Shown here: in pieces, positions 1 to 13,482 of the stretch
Numbering within the stretch: position 1 is the stretch's first letter
How the letters are laid out: every line of letters starts with the position of its first letter
Assembly (NCBI RefSeq): GCF_036321535.1
Contig: NC_087437.1
Location: 13,952,001-14,016,000, forward strand
Length of the DNA stretch: 64,000 nt
Direction of reading: 5' to 3'
DNA from: Camelus dromedarius
Lineage: Eukaryota
Position numbers and translations under genes: made by a program
The notes under the pieces: model-generated
Seen by the model: the letters and a program-made list of their open reading frames with translations, nothing else
Database searches by the model: none
Told to the model about the DNA's origin: nothing

Positions 1-612
1 CTATTTTGTTGTACCATGTCATGCAGGATAACCCACAGTTACCTCGTCTTTATCTTAGTGGAGTGTTTTTCTTTATCATGATGTACACAGGTTCCAATGT
101 GCTTCCTGTTGCTCGGTAAGAGCTCTAATGAGAATTTATTTTAAGTGATTTGAATTGTACATGGACAGATTATTAAATTTTTTATAAGTACATCATTGCT
201 TTTATTAAAATTTTCATTATACAAGCTATTTATATGTCTGAAAATTTGAAAATTAGAAGAATAGGGGAATTCAGAATAACACTACCATATCTAACACAAG
301 AATTATATCATCTAGTAGTTAAATCTTCCAAATGTAATATAACTATATTCACATTATATATGCAGTTTTACATTTGCTCAATTTTAAGAAGATAAATTTT
401 TTCAATTTCATAATTTTAGTATGACCATAATTTAAAATTTTTTTCTAAGTAAGTTTTTACCTTAAATGGAAGTAAGCAGTTTGGAAATACGGATTTACAA
501 GTTGCCTTTTGTGACTTTTATTTATATATAAAAAATATGATCTTAGAAAAGTAAGGTTACTAAATCTAAATCAGTTGCCTATATGTGCTAAGTATTTTTT
601 TTTTCCTCCTAG

Positions 613-658
613 ATTTTTGAAATACACACACACCAAACAGGCTTTCAAGTCAGAAGAG
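613..658 (+). CDS. DNAJC13: DNAJC13 exon (FLKYTHTKQAFKSEE)
   Basis: cctag|attttt acceptor, gag|gtaagc donor; phase fits next exon. Confidence 0.93.
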
Positions 659-739
659 GTAAGCCAGATTAGTCCTCTGAATATGTAACTTAACAGTGGG
701 TAAGCTATCTTGACACTAGAGTTTCCTGAGTTGTGTATG

Positions 740-845
740 TTCACTAGATTATAAGCACTTGAGGGCAGGTATTGTTTTATTCTTTTTTTTATATTCCTTG
801 TAGTACCTTGTGCATAGAAAGTCTAAACTAATTTTTTTAATGAAA
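740..845 (+). mobile_element. L2 LINE 3' end fragment
   Basis: cactagattataagcacttgagggcagg...tgcatag...tttttaatgaa resembles the L2 3' terminus. Confidence 0.55.
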
Positions 846-2531
846 AGAAATGTTGCCTTTAGACTTAACATTGAAATTGTAGATATGAATTATCGCCTGA
901 CATTGCTGTAAATATAATTTTACCTCTGGGTAAAATTTATCTTAGTAATTTTCATAAATGATTCAGTATATAACCGAGTCTCATATAGTCAACTAAGACT
1001 CAGTAAGACGTCAACCTTGTTTTTGTTCAGATCCCAATGTAGCAGAAGTGCTAAGCTTCTTTTTTGAAGCTAGTTAATTTTTCAAGTGCCCTGAAGTGTT
1101 CTTGCCATTTTACTGAGGGGGAAAAGTAGGAATCCAAAAAAAATGCAAGTACCTTTGACAAAATATAATTTTACACCTACATTTTGCAGAGATATTTATT
1201 GTAAACACATAACTGAAGGGTGTTTAAAATTTGGTTAGACTTTTCATGGAGCGCTGATTGGCAAATTTTATTGAGAGCAGAAGAATGAACCAAAATTAGA
1301 TCACTGTGTAAGAGACTAACCAAGGAGTGTTACACCACTTTGACAACAGATGCTGGACCAAACTGTCTGTTCTATAGAGTAGCCATTTAAGCCCGAGAAA
1401 GTAATCTGTCTGTCTAATAATATTGAAGTGATGACCTTAGAAGTATGATCTTCTTAGCTTTATAGAAATAGAAAATATAAAAAGGGTTTTTTAAAAAATT
1501 TGCGTCTAATGCCACCACCTTAATGTTAACATTAGGCATTTTGGGCATTCTTTTTTCCTTTCCTTTTTTTCTGTGCAGTTACACATATGTAATTTTTTTT
1601 TCAGATTTTATAATATGAGAAACTACATATGTCATTTCACTCAACAATATTTTGAATAATTACAGCAAAACAGTGTTTATTGATAGCAGAACTCTGGATG
1701 TAGGAACTACCTAATAACAGTGTCCTAAAGAGCAGAACAGTTCTTCACCTAGAAGTTTAATAGAAGTGAATTTATGGCTTTTATTAGTAAAAAGCCTGAA
1801 AATATTCATTGTCTAAATGTGTATTTGCCCTCAGTGGTAAAACCATGTCTGGGTTTTTTTCCCCTCTTTGTCAGATCCTAGAGGAATTTGCCTAGAAGGA
1901 AATAAGAAAAGTATTTATAGTCTTCAGGATTTTTTTCCATCAGCTAAAGAAATGAGTTTCAAATTTTAGTTTGATAAAGTATGAACATTACCCTGACTCC
2001 ATTTGGTCAGCCAGAGGATATAGAGTTCTTAGGTACAGTTAATTATAATTACTTAATAGAAATTCTCCATCTAAATTGTAGCCACATTTCATGAGGATAA
2101 GCTCTTTAAGATCTTGATTTTTCTGGACTTTTTGGAAAACAGAAGTAGGTGCAGTTGGGAACTACAGCCAACAATATAACACAGCGTAAATGATGTAAAT
2201 CTTTGCAGGGTCTTTTTTGTGTTGTTCATTACTGTTATATGTGGTCAAAGGCCAATTGTCCTGAACAGTGCTGGCAGCACCTGACACCTGAGGAGGTTAA
2301 GACTGCTGCAGGGCTTGGGGGAGCTGGCTCCACCTGGAGCCCATGCCAACCCAGTTTATACCAGATGCCTCACACTTCACGTTTTGCCATGTTTCCATCT
2401 AAATTTCCAAAGCCTAAAAGCATTTGTTCCATTTGTTCTCTTTTCTTAAAATGTTCTCTAACCCTAGTCATTTATTAGAAAACTGAGAGATAACTTTAAT
2501 GTTTCTGACTTTGTTTTGTTTTGTTTTCAAG

Positions 2532-2686
2532 ACAAAAGGACAAGATATTTTTCAGAGAAGTATACTTGGGCACATTCTACCAGAAGCAATGGTTTGTTAC
2601 TTAGAAAATTACGAGCCGGAGAAGTTTTCTGAGATTTTTCTAGGAGAATTTGATACTCCAGAAGCAATCTGGAGCAGTGAAATGAG
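2532..2686 (+). CDS. DNAJC13: DNAJC13 exon ([10 protein letters not shown]...EAIWSSEMR)
   Basis: ttcaag| acceptor, ag|gtaaat donor; within ORF 2499-2690. Confidence 0.96.
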
Positions 2687-3980
2687 GTAAATAGCCAGTT
2701 GATTGTATTTTATAGCCAGAATCTTTACTTCCTACCATCTCATTGGAATTCTGTCAAATGAACTACTTTCACTAGTTGCATAATCTAAAGCCACAGTGGT
2801 CATTGGTGCCAAATCAAGGAACGAGTATTGACAAGGCCTTAAGCTTTTCTCTGTTCTAACACAGTTTGACAAAATTACTGTCACTTTAATACAGCTTTAT
2901 ACATAAGGGTAGAGCCTATTACCACTGGTTCTTTTAGGCAATGGATTATTAGGTATGTATGCAACATGTGGATAAAATCAAGACACTCTCTCTGGGTATT
3001 TGGAAATAGAACTGTACCCCACTAACTAAAAACGATGCCCATATGGAATGGATCAGACTAGAAATCCCAAAAATCATTTTAGAATGAGGCCAGCACATTT
3101 TGACCTTAATCCTAGGAGAATCCCTTAGGAAAAGTCTGTTTCCACCAAGAAAAAGGAGAGGCCCTGAAGCAGATGTCAGTGTCCAAGTAGGTTCTGTCCA
3201 GAAAAGACTTGGCACTTCATAGTTCCAGATCTTGTCTACTTCTTTGTGGAGAATGCTGCAGTCCTCTTAACTGGATGACAGTCGATCTTCTGAGTCAGTT
3301 ACTCGTTCTCCTTTGACTGACTTCACACGATGCCACCTACTGGTTATCATTTGGCTTCTCTTACAGGCTGGCATGTGCCGGCCACCAATTTGAACATATT
3401 CTGTATGGCAGTCATATTTTTCATTGGGAACAAGTGTATAGGAATGTGAGTAAGTTTATAACAGTTACTCTGTATAATATCTTTCTCCTGAGATTGATTA
3501 ATATGAATCCCCCTGTCTAAAAGATGTAGCTATCTGTATCCTGAGCAAATCGTTTCTGCTTAGCTGAGGGCCAGACCCTAGACCCTAGATTGTGGTAAAT
3601 TAACTAAAATGAAGACCATGCAGTGAACTTCTTTGGTGTGATAACTGGCTTGATAGCTAATTCCTTGGCTGTTGCCCTCATCCATGCACCATACCATTTG
3701 ACCTCCTACTGAGTGAATTTTTAGTAGGAAGAGCTGGTAATATCGGCCTTTTTCTCTATGGTCTTCTTTATAAATAATATTACAAATGAGTTTTTATCCA
3801 TTGGGTGTTTTTATGCAACAAGTTTAGAATACCCTGAGTAACATTCTTACAAGCTCTCATTTTAGGCCAGTAACTGAGTTACTCTAAAGAAGATCTATGT
3901 AATTACCTTGCATGATTACCTTTCTTAACTTTTCTTTAAAATAATCCCTTCATAATGCTTGGAGATTTTTCTAATTGTAG

Positions 3981-4182
3981 GCGCCTCATGATAGAGAAGA
4001 TTGCTGCCCATCTTGCCGATTTCACACCTCGTCTTCAGAGTAACACAAGAGCACTTTATCAGTATTGTCCCATCCCAGTTATCAACTATCCACAACTGGA
4101 AAATGAACTATTTTGTAATATTTATTACCTCAAGCAACTTTGTGATACACTCCGGTTTCCAGATTGGCCAATTAAAGACCCG
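3981..4182 (+). CDS. DNAJC13: DNAJC13 exon ([10 protein letters not shown]...WPIKDP)
   Basis: tgtag| acceptor, ccg|gtaaat donor; within ORF 3955-4221. Confidence 0.96.
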
Positions 4183-4489
4183 GTAAATCAGCAGATTCAT
4201 TTGTGCCTCCTTAACCTGTAAAAATAGCCTCTGATCGCTTCTGAGGATTTCTTCTTTCTGTGATGAGGATGATAGCTTTCATTAGTGTTCCTTCTTACTT
4301 CAGCACTGTGTAGCCCTGAGTGTCGTTGAGTATATTTGGGTAAATCCCAAACTGAAAGACAGTTTTTTCAGGGAACATAAGACTTTACGATCTTGATCTT
4401 TTGTGACAAAAGTGAAACAAACTGAATTTCGTGTATATAACACATACCATAATAGCTTGGTGGGAGCTTGTCTTTTTAGCAGATTGATT

Positions 4490-4740
4490 AAGCTGGCAGA
4501 TGCTGGGGTAGGGCAGTCTGGGCCTGAGTCTCCATGTGGCCATTAATGGCTCTGTGTAACATTCAGTAATACACTGCTGGTCTTCTCTGAGCCTCAGTTA
4601 TGGTCATCAGACTGCTACTACTAATAGCAGCTATTCCATGTGGTGGTTTGGGAAGATTCAGTGAGAATTCACATGAAAACAGCATAATTCCTGGCACACA
4701 CTGGAGTGTGACTTGCTCATTTGTATAGTAGTAGCTACTC
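4490..4740 (+). mobile_element. MIR SINE
   Basis: ctctgagcctcagtt...gggaagattcagtgag...cctggcacac MIR core and tail. Confidence 0.65.
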
Positions 4741-4959
4741 TCTGCCCTTCCACAGTGGCCTTGGGAACCCTCCAGTTTGGGTTCCCCCCTGGGTATCTCC
4801 TGGAAGCCTGGAATGAAGTAGGCGTGGGTGCCCATGTTGGTCTGTTACTGTAGCAGAGATTATACCGTTATCCTTACCATCAAAACATTTCAGAGCAGTT
4901 GCCATTTGTACCACCAAGCTGTGACCAAATGAAGGCAGGTTCTGGATTCAACATGAGAT

Positions 4960-5150
4960 CCTAGAAAAGGCATGGGCTTCTTAGTCAGACCTAGGTTTGA
5001 ATCCAGCACCATCACTTATTAACTGTGAAACCTGCAGCTGTCTCTCAGAATCTCAGTGTTTCCATGTATTTTGAGATTTTATACAAGAATTAAACCTGCT
5101 GCAGTCTGTGAAGCATCCAGCTCCTTGGCATACAGGCGTGCAGTGAACCT
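4960..5150 (+). mobile_element. MIR SINE (degraded)
   Basis: agtcagacctaggtttgaatccagcaccatcacttattaactgtg. Confidence 0.6.
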
Positions 5151-5577
5151 TAGCTCTCTCCCCACGCACTACCCAGACTCTCTTGTGTTCACTGTCCTTA
5201 CATTTGTTTGAATGCCAGCATAGCGGTAATGATGTTAGATCACCTGCTTGCTTTCTTACTGCAGTGTATCATCTACTAATTCCAGAGTTTTCCATACTTT
5301 CTGAACGTTTCTTTAACAGTTAAGAGTAGAGACAAAAATTGACAGAGAATTAAAATATCACTTAAAAGTAGGGGAATATAGCCCCATAACAGATAACCTT
5401 GCTACCTGACATTTCAGCAGGGCTAAGAAGGTGATTTTGGTTACTTGTATTTCAGAAAGCTGTTAATTGAATAGCCTAGAATGTCAGTTTAAAAAAATAC
5501 GGCACAACAGTTCTGTAACTTAAAAATTATATTTTGAAAAAGTTTGATAGACGTAAGTTTTAATCTTGTCTTTTAAG

Positions 5578-5693
5578 GTTAAGCTTCTAAAAGATACCCT
5601 TGATGCCTGGAAGAAGGAAGTAGAGAAGAAGCCGCCTACAATGTCAATAGATGATGCTTATGAAGTGCTGAACCTCCCTCAAGGACAGGGGCC
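5578..5693 (+). CDS. DNAJC13: DNAJC13 exon ([11 protein letters not shown]...[15 protein letters not shown]), start of J domain
   Basis: tttaag| acceptor, cc|gtgagt donor; manual translation. Confidence 0.95.
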
Positions 5694-6253
5694 GTGAGTC
5701 GTTTTCAGTATCGCCTTACCTCTTTTGCTCGCAGTTTGTGTTATGCGTGAGGAAGAGACATGCTAGCAGTATGTCTAGAATCCTAAATGACAGGTGTACA
5801 GGAAAGAATGCAGATTTACTGTATTTCTTGATCAGTGCAGTTTTATAGTAGAATAGGCGTGTTAGAGAAAAATAGTTTAAAAGACATTTTCTTATACATA
5901 GACTGAATTTGTAATTTTTGGCAAGGCTGATAGTTCAAATAACTTAGAATTATAGAGCTTGAAGTAACATTTTTAAAAGTTTAGAAATTTTTTTTTTAGT
6001 TCTTCAAACCCCAAATAGGGTTTTGTAATTTGAAGTGAATGATAACCTTGCCTAGGGAATATTTAGGTTTTATCTTTCACACTGTAAAGATAACACATAA
6101 GAATAATCTTACTTAAATCTTACTGGGTTTAATTTGATGCCTAGTAAATGGTCATACACAATACAATATTCTTAAAATATTACTTCAGATGATCGTGTAA
6201 ATATTTTTCTTGCACCTTACTGTATTCATAAAACAAATTTTCCTATTTAACAG

Positions 6254-6332
6254 GCATGATGAGAGCAAGATTAGAAAAGCTTACTTCAGACTTGCACAGA
6301 AGTACCACCCTGATAAGAATCCAGAAGGGAGG
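6254..6332 (+). CDS. DNAJC13: DNAJC13 exon with J-domain HPD motif ([26 protein letters not shown])
   Basis: aacag| acceptor, agg|gtatgt donor; CAC CCT GAT at 6306-6314. Confidence 0.97.
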
Positions 6333-6699
6333 GTATGTCCTGCCTTTGGAATTAGGGCTTTGGGTTGACTTCCTTTTGCTTTATTACCATTTTAGGGAGA
6401 GGAAAGATCTACTCGTCCTGTGTGTCAGTGTCTGCTTCGTAATACGTGTCCAGAAAAAGTATAAATTTTGATTCAGACTTTTAAAGTCGTCTGCTGCCGG
6501 CATTCCATGATCTTGCCTCTCCCAGCTTCCTACTACAGTACTACCTGAGATTCATAACAGATGAAGTCACATAAGAACCATTACAACTAGGACTGATTGT
6601 CTGTTGCTAGCAACTTGGAGTTATTTCCACTGATTTCAGGGTCAGCGTTTTTTTTTATTAGAGATAGGCAATATTCCTGAATAGGAACAGCATTGGAAA

Positions 6700-7350
6700 G
6701 ATGCCACTTTTATATGTGTAAGGCATTTTTAGTCAAAAGCCTGGAATATTTTTGAGAAATTTATAGCAATTCAGATTCATCTGGGAAATAAAATAAAAAT
6801 CAGGATAGGAAGAAACCTTGAAATCAGTATTAACTGCTAGAATTAACCTACCAGATATTAAAATACTCTACAAAACTGTAATAGTAAAACAGTATTATAC
6901 TGGTACAAGGGTTAACACGTAGATCAAGGAACATAATGTAGCAGTTTAAGAGCATGGATTTAGGAGTCAGACCTGGGTGTGAGTCTTACTAGCTCTGTCA
7001 GCAGTGGACTTTCTGACCGTAGGCAAGTTACTTACCATTATCTAAAAAATGAAGATAATAATGATACATGCCTCACATGGCTGTCTTGAGGATTTAGTGA
7101 GATAATGTATGTAAAGCATGTAACACAGTGCCTGCCTTAGTACTCAGTAAACAATAGCTCTTACAACTATTTTTATAACAACTCAGAAACTGTCTCTAGT
7201 GTTAATGAGTTTAACATAAGTATGGTATAAATCAGTGAAGAAAAATTTTCAGTAAATGGTACTGAGATCATTGAATAGCTATTTGGAAAAAAAAAATCGT
7301 TTGCCACCTAGATTACAGTAGGAATGAATTCCTTAATGTAAAAAAACAAA
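6700..7350 (+). mobile_element. Old L1 ORF2 fragment interrupted by a MIR (~6930-7170)
   Basis: ctaccagatattaaaatactctacaaaactgtaatagtaaaacagtattatactggtacaag (LPD..YKT..KTV.YWY-like); ggagtcagacctgggt...ggcaagttactt MIR. Confidence 0.65.
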
Positions 7351-7450
7351 ATAATAACTAAAGTTACTGGTAGAATACAAACCAGCTGTGTTCTGTTTAA
7401 GCTGTGATTTGAGATGTTCTAAATTAAAAATTGTCTTTGGTTACATACAG

Positions 7451-7586
7451 GATATGTTTGAAAAGGTAAATAAAGCCTATGAATTTTTATGTACCAAATC
7501 AGCAAAAATAACAGATGGACCAGATCCAGAGAATATAATTTTAATTCTGAAAACACAGAGCATCCTCTTTAACCGTCATAAAGAAG
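7451..7586 (+). CDS. DNAJC13: DNAJC13 exon ([13 protein letters not shown]...FNRHKE)
   Basis: tacag| acceptor, g|gtaaga donor; within ORF 7388-7729. Confidence 0.96.
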
Positions 7587-9613
7587 GTAAGACATGTTAT
7601 TCTCAAATTTTAATTTACCCTGTAGTTACTTCTGCCATGTTCTTTGCTTCTGTGGCCTATTTTAATAGATTTCTTACTATTATTGCAAAAGACTCCTTAG
7701 AATTGGATTTTGATACAGTAGAAGAGTAGTTCTCTATAAGAAGGTCCAAAATGTTTATTTTATACCTTTCACTTCTTACCTATGTTTTTCAATATTTTAC
7801 ATTTGTAACAGGATTTCATTGTTCCTTCCTGAAGGACATTTCTGATCTCTGGAGGTACTTGGTTAGCTTCTTGTTTAGCCATTTAGCAGGAAACATATTA
7901 AATAAGATCTAAAATGGATCTGGAATTTAAGGTTCATTAAATGTTATTAAATCACATATAGAAGACTGTAGCTATCCAAAAACTCTAAAGGTAGAAAACA
8001 CCAAGAGTGTTGTTTTTTAAAAAGCAACAGAAACTTTTGCCATAATTACAAATATCCCCCCACACTTCATTTCCTGTGGTGGCTCTCAGAATCCTCTGTT
8101 CCTGTTAGGACAGTTGGGAAAACTGTTGCAGACAAAATAGGTGTGATTTCAGGGTGCAGGGTTGTTGGGAATTTCCAGCTCGCTTTTAGGGCCATTTGTG
8201 GTAGACCTAATAGTAGCAGCCAGAAAGCTAGGGACACATTGAAAAATGTTAAGACTTGGTTGGGGGTAGGGAGTTAGGGTCAGTGTGGCAGGTGTCCTTT
8301 GGTTTGGGAACTAAACTTGACTTACAGCACAAAGTGGGAGACCAATTTGCTCTGTAGGATGATGGGAGAAAGCAATGGGGATTTGAGTTAAGCAGGAGGA
8401 CTGTTGGGTAACTGGAGACAAGAGGAGTTGCAGTCTAAGTATTGGAGGGGACAGCATGGGGCTCTAGCAGTTTGGTCATTAGAGAACAGTGATTAACTGA
8501 TTCACTTTTGCATATGAATTCAACAGAAAGCATTAGTTACATGGCATTTATCACTAGTCAGAATGGGTTTAAAGAAGTCTTTTCAAACCACTGGTTATTT
8601 TTTAATGGCAGTAACTGTAGTAGCCACAGGGTGCAGTTGTGGCTCTCCATTGGGTTGTTATCAGGGTGAGAATGTTTTTTCAGGCTGTCTTCCACTCTTC
8701 CCAAAAGGAGTTTATGTCCAATAAGTTTTGGGCTGAGGATCCTGATCAGATAGGACTTAAGATTAATTCATTCTGCTTTCTTACCACATACGTATATGTA
8801 TGTGTTAGGACTGCTAGGATCAGTTCCAAGGGGGTTTTTAAGCCATCTTAGAAATGAGTCAATTTAAGGCAGATTACTGGTCATTCTCAAAAGGGAAAAA
8901 GCTTTATGCTGATGTCAAGTAGGATGACAGAGGTACTTAGGAAGTCAAAGCCAATTAATTTGCATATTCTTGCCTGATAAATTAGTTTAAAAAAAATAGG
9001 ATGAAAGGAAGAGAGGAATTGAGCACTTCCACATTTCAGCTTTTTCTTTTAAATTTGCTTATCAAAACATGGACTCAACCAAGTATAGCTAATAAATTAA
9101 CTATCTCTACCTTGTATCTCTAGTAACAAATTATATTCATTATTTTCAAGTGTTTATTTTACGGTAACTAGTGAAATAGAAAAGTGTGCTTGTTATTCAG
9201 AAAGCAGAATATAAAATATTCACTGTCATTTAAATCAGATGTCTCTCATTATGTCTTTATAAGAGATAAGAACAACCTCTGGTGCATTGTCTATGTCTTG
9301 CTGTCTATGATCAGGTGAAAAATTACAAAGATCACGGGGACAACATAGAAAGTAGATATTCTGAAAAGGATCAAAATCACTATACACCAAGTTCAGTTAA
9401 TCTACTAGAAAATACTCTTTTTCTAGTAGAAACATTAATAGAAAAGTCAACCAAACAAATTTGCTAGAAAAGAAGAGATCCAAGGGATTTGTACTTGGTT
9501 TAATTTTGTTTTATAAATTGAATTAGGAGACATTTAAGATGTTGATTATTTTAATCTTTTTTTTTTTTTTTGGCAATGTAATTGAACATAACTTATGATC
9601 ATCATCATTTCAG

Positions 9614-9798
9614 ATTTACAGCCTTATAAATATGCCGGATACCCCATGCTAATTCGGACTATAACGATGGAAACTTCAGATGACCTCCTGTTCTCTAAAG
9701 AATCACCGTTGTTGCCTGCTGCCGCAGAGCTGGCTTTCCATACTGTTAACTGCTCAGCCCTCAATGCTGAAGAGCTCAGGAGGGAGAATGGAATTGAG
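9614..9798 (+). CDS. DNAJC13: DNAJC13 exon ([10 protein letters not shown]...RRENGIE)
   Basis: ttcag| acceptor, gag|gtgatg donor; within ORF 9595-9867. Confidence 0.96.
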
Positions 9799-10243
9799 GT
9801 GATGTGGAATGACCTTTGTGCTTGTCTTCAAGCTAGGTTGGGCCCATTGTATGACTCTTGGCAATAGAAAATTCACCAAGTACAAATATAGTTGATTCAG
9901 TTTCTTGAATTTATTCCAACAGATGACAATGTATATTCTCTATATTCTAATATGAGAATTAAAGGTAGAAATGGAGCTTTATTTCATAATATGAATTAGA
10001 GAGTACTGGATTCAAGATTGGTGAACTTTAATGTTACTTACAAACTAGCTCAGTGGGAATGCTTAAAAAGAAACTTCTAGGATTCCTTTGTTTACTTGTT
10101 TATTTAACAAATGTTAGTTCAGCAAACATTTATTTACCAAGTTTCTAACATTAGAAGGTTATTAATGTTTTATTCCTATCAGAAAAGACTTTTCAGACAT
10201 CATGTCAAAATGGAGAGTTAATGACTGAATTCTGTCTCTGCAG

Positions 10244-10318
10244 GTCCTACAAGAGGCATTTAGTCGCTGCGTGGCTGTCTTGAATCGTTCCAGTAAACCA
10301 AGTGACATGTCAGTACAG
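10244..10318 (+). CDS. DNAJC13: DNAJC13 exon ([25 protein letters not shown])
   Basis: ctgcag| acceptor, cag|gtgagg donor; 75 nt. Confidence 0.95.
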
Positions 10319-10344
10319 GTGAGGCTAAAACAAGGTTCCAAGAA

Positions 10345-10558
10345 GTTACAGCAGACCAGGGGCTCAGACTCCAGCATCTGTGAGAGTCTCGGAGGGCTCA
10401 TTAAAACCTGGGTTGCTCGGCTCTGCCTCCTCTCCCTCTGCCACAGCTTCTGAGTCAGTAGGTCTGGAGCAGGAGCCTGAGAATGTGCTTTTCTAACAAG
10501 TTTCCAGGTGATTCTGATGCTGTTGGTCTGTGTATCACATTCTAAGAACCACTGCACT
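10345..10558. mobile_element. MER5A-like hAT DNA transposon MITE
   Basis: tctgagtcagtaggtctgg...gcctgagaatgtgcttttctaacaagtttccaggtgattctgatgc...gaaccactg. Confidence 0.75.
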
Positions 10559-10866
10559 AAATCATATGTGATCTGATGGCTTAATTTTTCTTTTCTTAGA
10601 GTAGAGAATGGTACAATGATCCCTTGTCCCTGTTGCCAAGTTTCAAACAGTTGTCATTTTGCCATTCTTGTTTCATTTATCTTCTATCCCCTTCCATAAT
10701 TTCCTTCTCTGCCTCCCTCTCCTGTCCCTAATAATTACAGTGGCTTATTTTCTGCTAAATTCTTTGATAGAAGATCCTTCAGGAATTCATTAAGATCATT
10801 GTAGAATTCATCTCTTTATGTGGCCTTTTGTTTATGCCAGCAAAATTTAGAATATAAGACAGTTGA

Positions 10867-10954
10867 TCATGTATAACTGAAATGTGCTCTACACTGGAAT
10901 TGGACATAGCATTGTAAAATGACTATAACTCAGTAAAAGTCTTTAAAAAAAAAA
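10867..10954 (+). mobile_element. Extremely 5'-truncated L1 3' end with TSD
   Basis: tgtgctctacactggaattggacatagcattgtaaaatgactataactc + poly(A); TSD aagacagttga (10856-10866) / aagactgttga (10955-10965). Confidence 0.8.
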
Positions 10955-11037
10955 AAGACTGTTGAGTACAGGCTTTTGTGTTTCATCCTCTATTTTGTAG
11001 TACATGAATAGAATTCTGGACAAAAATACATTAATTC

Positions 11038-11244
11038 AGATGGTGGCAGACATTATCAGTATGGACTGGAGAGTAAATATTTGAGGCTTTCAGGTTACAT
11101 ACAGTCTCTGTTGCATATTTTTTTATTTTTCATTTTTACAATTCTTTAAAAATGTAAAAACCATTCTTAGTTTTGTGGCCATACAAAAATAGGTCATGGT
11201 TGATTTGGCCTGTGGGTCCTAGTGGCCATGCTTTGCCAACCCTG
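11038..11244. mobile_element. MER58-like hAT DNA transposon MITE
   Basis: agtaaatatttgaggcttt...aaaaatgtaaaaaccattcttag...ccatacaaaaataggt...tttgccaaccctg. Confidence 0.7.
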
Positions 11245-11430
11245 CACCCGTAGGAAATCTAAACTAGAAATGCTAATAATGCAATAGCAATGTTCTGTTA
11301 AATTTTGAAGCATCGTATGTATGTACCATAAGCGTTATTCATGAGTCTCTGCTGATACGATTTCCACTATCTTAAATAAGGAATGCATGTGTGACTCTTT
11401 TTTTTTTTTTCTCTGTTGTGTTGTCTGCAG

Positions 11431-11550
11431 GTGTGTGGGCACATAAGCAAATGCTATAGTGTGGCTGCTCAGTTTGAAGAATGCCGAGAGAAGATCACAG
11501 AAATGCCTGGCATCATCAGGGACCTTTGTCGGGTGCTCTATTTTGGCAAG
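11431..11550 (+). CDS. DNAJC13: DNAJC13 exon ([10 protein letters not shown]...RVLYFGK)
   Basis: ctgcag| acceptor, aag|gtagag donor; 120 nt. Confidence 0.95.
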
Positions 11551-12523
11551 GTAGAGGTCACCTTTGTGGCTTTCTGGATTCAGTCAGCAATGGGTTTTCC
11601 TTGTCAGGTAGCCAGTCCCCAATTTATAAACAAGCTGTTTTCCTAAAATTATGTTTAAGTAAATTATATAAACCTCTAAAAGCATCTTCTAACAGAAGAC
11701 TTGCTGTAAATATAGGCTTTTGCTCCTGGACTGGTCCACAAAGAGTAAGACTAGAGTGACACAGAGGGAAGCCGGTCTTCTCTGAACATTGAAGGAGAGG
11801 CAGGGAAGCAGAGAAAGACGTCTAGACTCCATCAGTCTAACGACAGTGAAGGACCACGTTAAACCTGAAGCTTAAGAGGCAGGTCACTGCCTGGTGGAAA
11901 GGCTGTAGGGATCCCAGAGCTGGCCGTTTCCTTCCAATCTGAGAGTGCTGAGGGAGGTTGACTGTGGGAGATGTGACAGGTGGCTGGGAAGGGGCTTTCT
12001 CAGATAACTAGGCAGAGTGAGGGTTGTGTTGGAGTAGAACAGGGTTGGGGTGCTGATCCTGGGCTAAGTTATCTCAGAGTAAGGAATCTAATGAAAATAT
12101 GTTCTCAGTTTTATTTACTGGAGGTCCTTAGAAGTGTTTAATAAGAATAGACTCTAATATAAAGAAGTAAACCTGTACACCTGTGCTAAAGATATCATTG
12201 ATACACTTCTAAGATCACTAGCATGTGAGTTGCTATTAAAGCCTTATTAGTATTTTTAAAAATCAAAAATGTAAGAAGTGAAACAAAACTATATTCTCAA
12301 ATCTTTGAACACTAGCTTCAAAGATAGTAATTCTGTGTCTTGTCACAGGATTACTGTTAAATTTAGGCTTTAATGGACATAGGATTCAGATTTAAACTGG
12401 AATTGAAAATATAAGAGGAGGTAAACATACAGTAAGACAGCAAGCTTGACATACATTCACAGCCAGTTTCTCTTGGGAGCTTTTCTTTAACCCTGTAATT
12501 AATTCCATTATTCTTATCCTCAG

Positions 12524-12703
12524 AGTATTCCACGGGTGGCCGCTCTTGGGGTAGAATGTGTCAGTTCTTTTGCTGTGGATTTCTGGCTGCAGACACACCT
12601 ATTGCAGGCTGGAGTTTTGTGGCATCTGCTTGGTTATCTGTTTAATTATGACTACACACTAGAAGAGAGTGGCATTCAGAAAAGCGAAGAAACAAACCAG
12701 CAG
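12524..12703 (+). CDS. DNAJC13: DNAJC13 exon ([12 protein letters not shown]...SEETNQQ)
   Basis: cctcag| acceptor, cag|gtaact donor; 180 nt open. Confidence 0.95.
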
Positions 12704-13314
12704 GTAACTTGAACACTGCTTTAACATTGAATTTGAACCCAAACCATAGGTTAATACAAAGCAAAGCCCCAACTATCCAGGGCCCCCAAGGCATACACTG
12801 TTTTTGAAGATAACCAAATTTATTGCTGTTTTTAAGTCCTCAAACTTTTTATCTTAGCCATTTGTTCCAGAAGGATTCAAGGCAAGGGAATTTGTGATAG
12901 CATATATTGGTTAAAAATTAATTTTTTGCTGGTTACTCAGTCACCTTTATGACTGCAAAGTTATTGTTGTGTATCACAGGGAAATGTAACAATGCTATTG
13001 GACTAGTGGGGCTAGCTCCCCCAAGCACTTGAGAGCTTGTCTGATTTTCACAGATATTTTTTGTCTATCCGATTATCTACAGGACCCTGCATTGGGTATA
13101 AATGAGTACATAGATTCTGATGGTCTTTCGTATAAATAAAAGAATAAGCTCCCAAGCATAAACTCTCTGCCATCAGTGTTGGGAGCTCCAGTGCCTTTTT
13201 TGTTTATTTTTACTTTCTGCTCCTTAATAATGTTTCGTACAGGTTCGGTTCTGTAAAGATACTGTTGCCTGTATAAGATAACGGATTCTACTTTAATGTC
13301 TTATTTTGTAACAG

Positions 13315-13482
13315 GAAGTAGCCAACAGCCTTGCCAAACTGAGTGTCCGTGCTCTAAGTCGCCTTGGAGGGTATCTGCCTGAAGAACAGGCAACCCCAGA
13401 AAACCCCACCATAAGGAAAAGTTTAGCTGGCATGCTGACCCCCTATGTTGCCAGGAAACTTGCTGTGGTCAGTGCTACTGAG
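13315..13482 (+). CDS. DNAJC13: DNAJC13 exon ([10 protein letters not shown]...LAVVSATE)
   Basis: aacag| acceptor, gag|gtatgt donor; 168 nt open. Confidence 0.95.

Noticed and set aside
12481..12495. U12-type branch-point-like TTCTTTAAC
   Set aside because: The upstream donor is GTAGAG, not GTATCC; all 25 donors look U2-type.
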